Positions 63,691 through 64,000 of a stretch of DNA of 64,000 nucleotides are shown one piece after another; position 1 is the stretch's first letter; the number at the start of each line of letters is the position of its first letter. The translations under genes and the position numbers were made by a program. This DNA comes from Octopus sinensis. Taxonomy: Eukaryota. Under the pieces are notes generated by a model. The model worked only from the letters and a program-made list of their open reading frames with translations. It did not search any database and was not told the origin of the DNA. The DNA lies in the NCBI RefSeq assembly GCF_006345805.1, contig NC_043002.1, forward strand, positions 120,032,001 through 120,096,000, written 5' to 3'.

Positions 63691-64000
63691 TTTACCATTA
63701 CAGTCTTTTACAACACATATACAAACTTGTTAGCAGTTCAAATAGGCCTGAGGCAAATTCGAACCCGCACTGCATTTTATCATGGAGAAAACTTCTCGAA
63801 ATACACCGACTCTGTTCGGTGCTGGTGCATGCATGAATTTCGCAGTTGTAATCTCTTCTTCAGGAAAGGTATACGTTACGAATTGACAAGAGAGATAGGT
63901 CTCTCTTATTAAATTCGCATCATTGGTTGCGCTAGTCTGCGGCTCATCGTAGAGGAAATATGGAATGGAACCGCTAATCATTGATGTGTGTTAATACTAA

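Overview
This is AT-rich, microsatellite-dense animal genomic DNA. The SINE repertoire looks coleoid-cephalopod, probably Octopus (inference). No host protein-coding gene can be supported with confidence, and nearly all listed ORFs are microsatellite artefacts. The window is a mosaic of tRNA-derived SINEs (at least 3 families), decayed LINEs (Tx1/L1-type RT, RTE, R4/Dong-type RLE), two Penelope-like elements, a mariner relic, non-autonomous Helitrons and a 3.5-kb element with ~400-bp inverted repeats. The standout feature is at 25845-33084: a head-to-tail array of four full-length 1.6-1.9 kb elements (types A,A,B,B). Each encodes only a Gag/ORF1-like protein with a CCHC zinc knuckle and no RT or endonuclease. 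The units are separated by an invariant 14-bp junction (ACCTGGCTCCAAGC on the element strand). They share a ~45-nt 3' tail with a local SINE family, show a strong synonymous excess between types A and B, and conserve UTR hairpins. The array sits at a similar site inside a Helitron whose empty paralogue is at 43414-44572. This looks like a site-specific, ORF1-only (HAL1/HeT-A-like) retroelement system that forms arrays.
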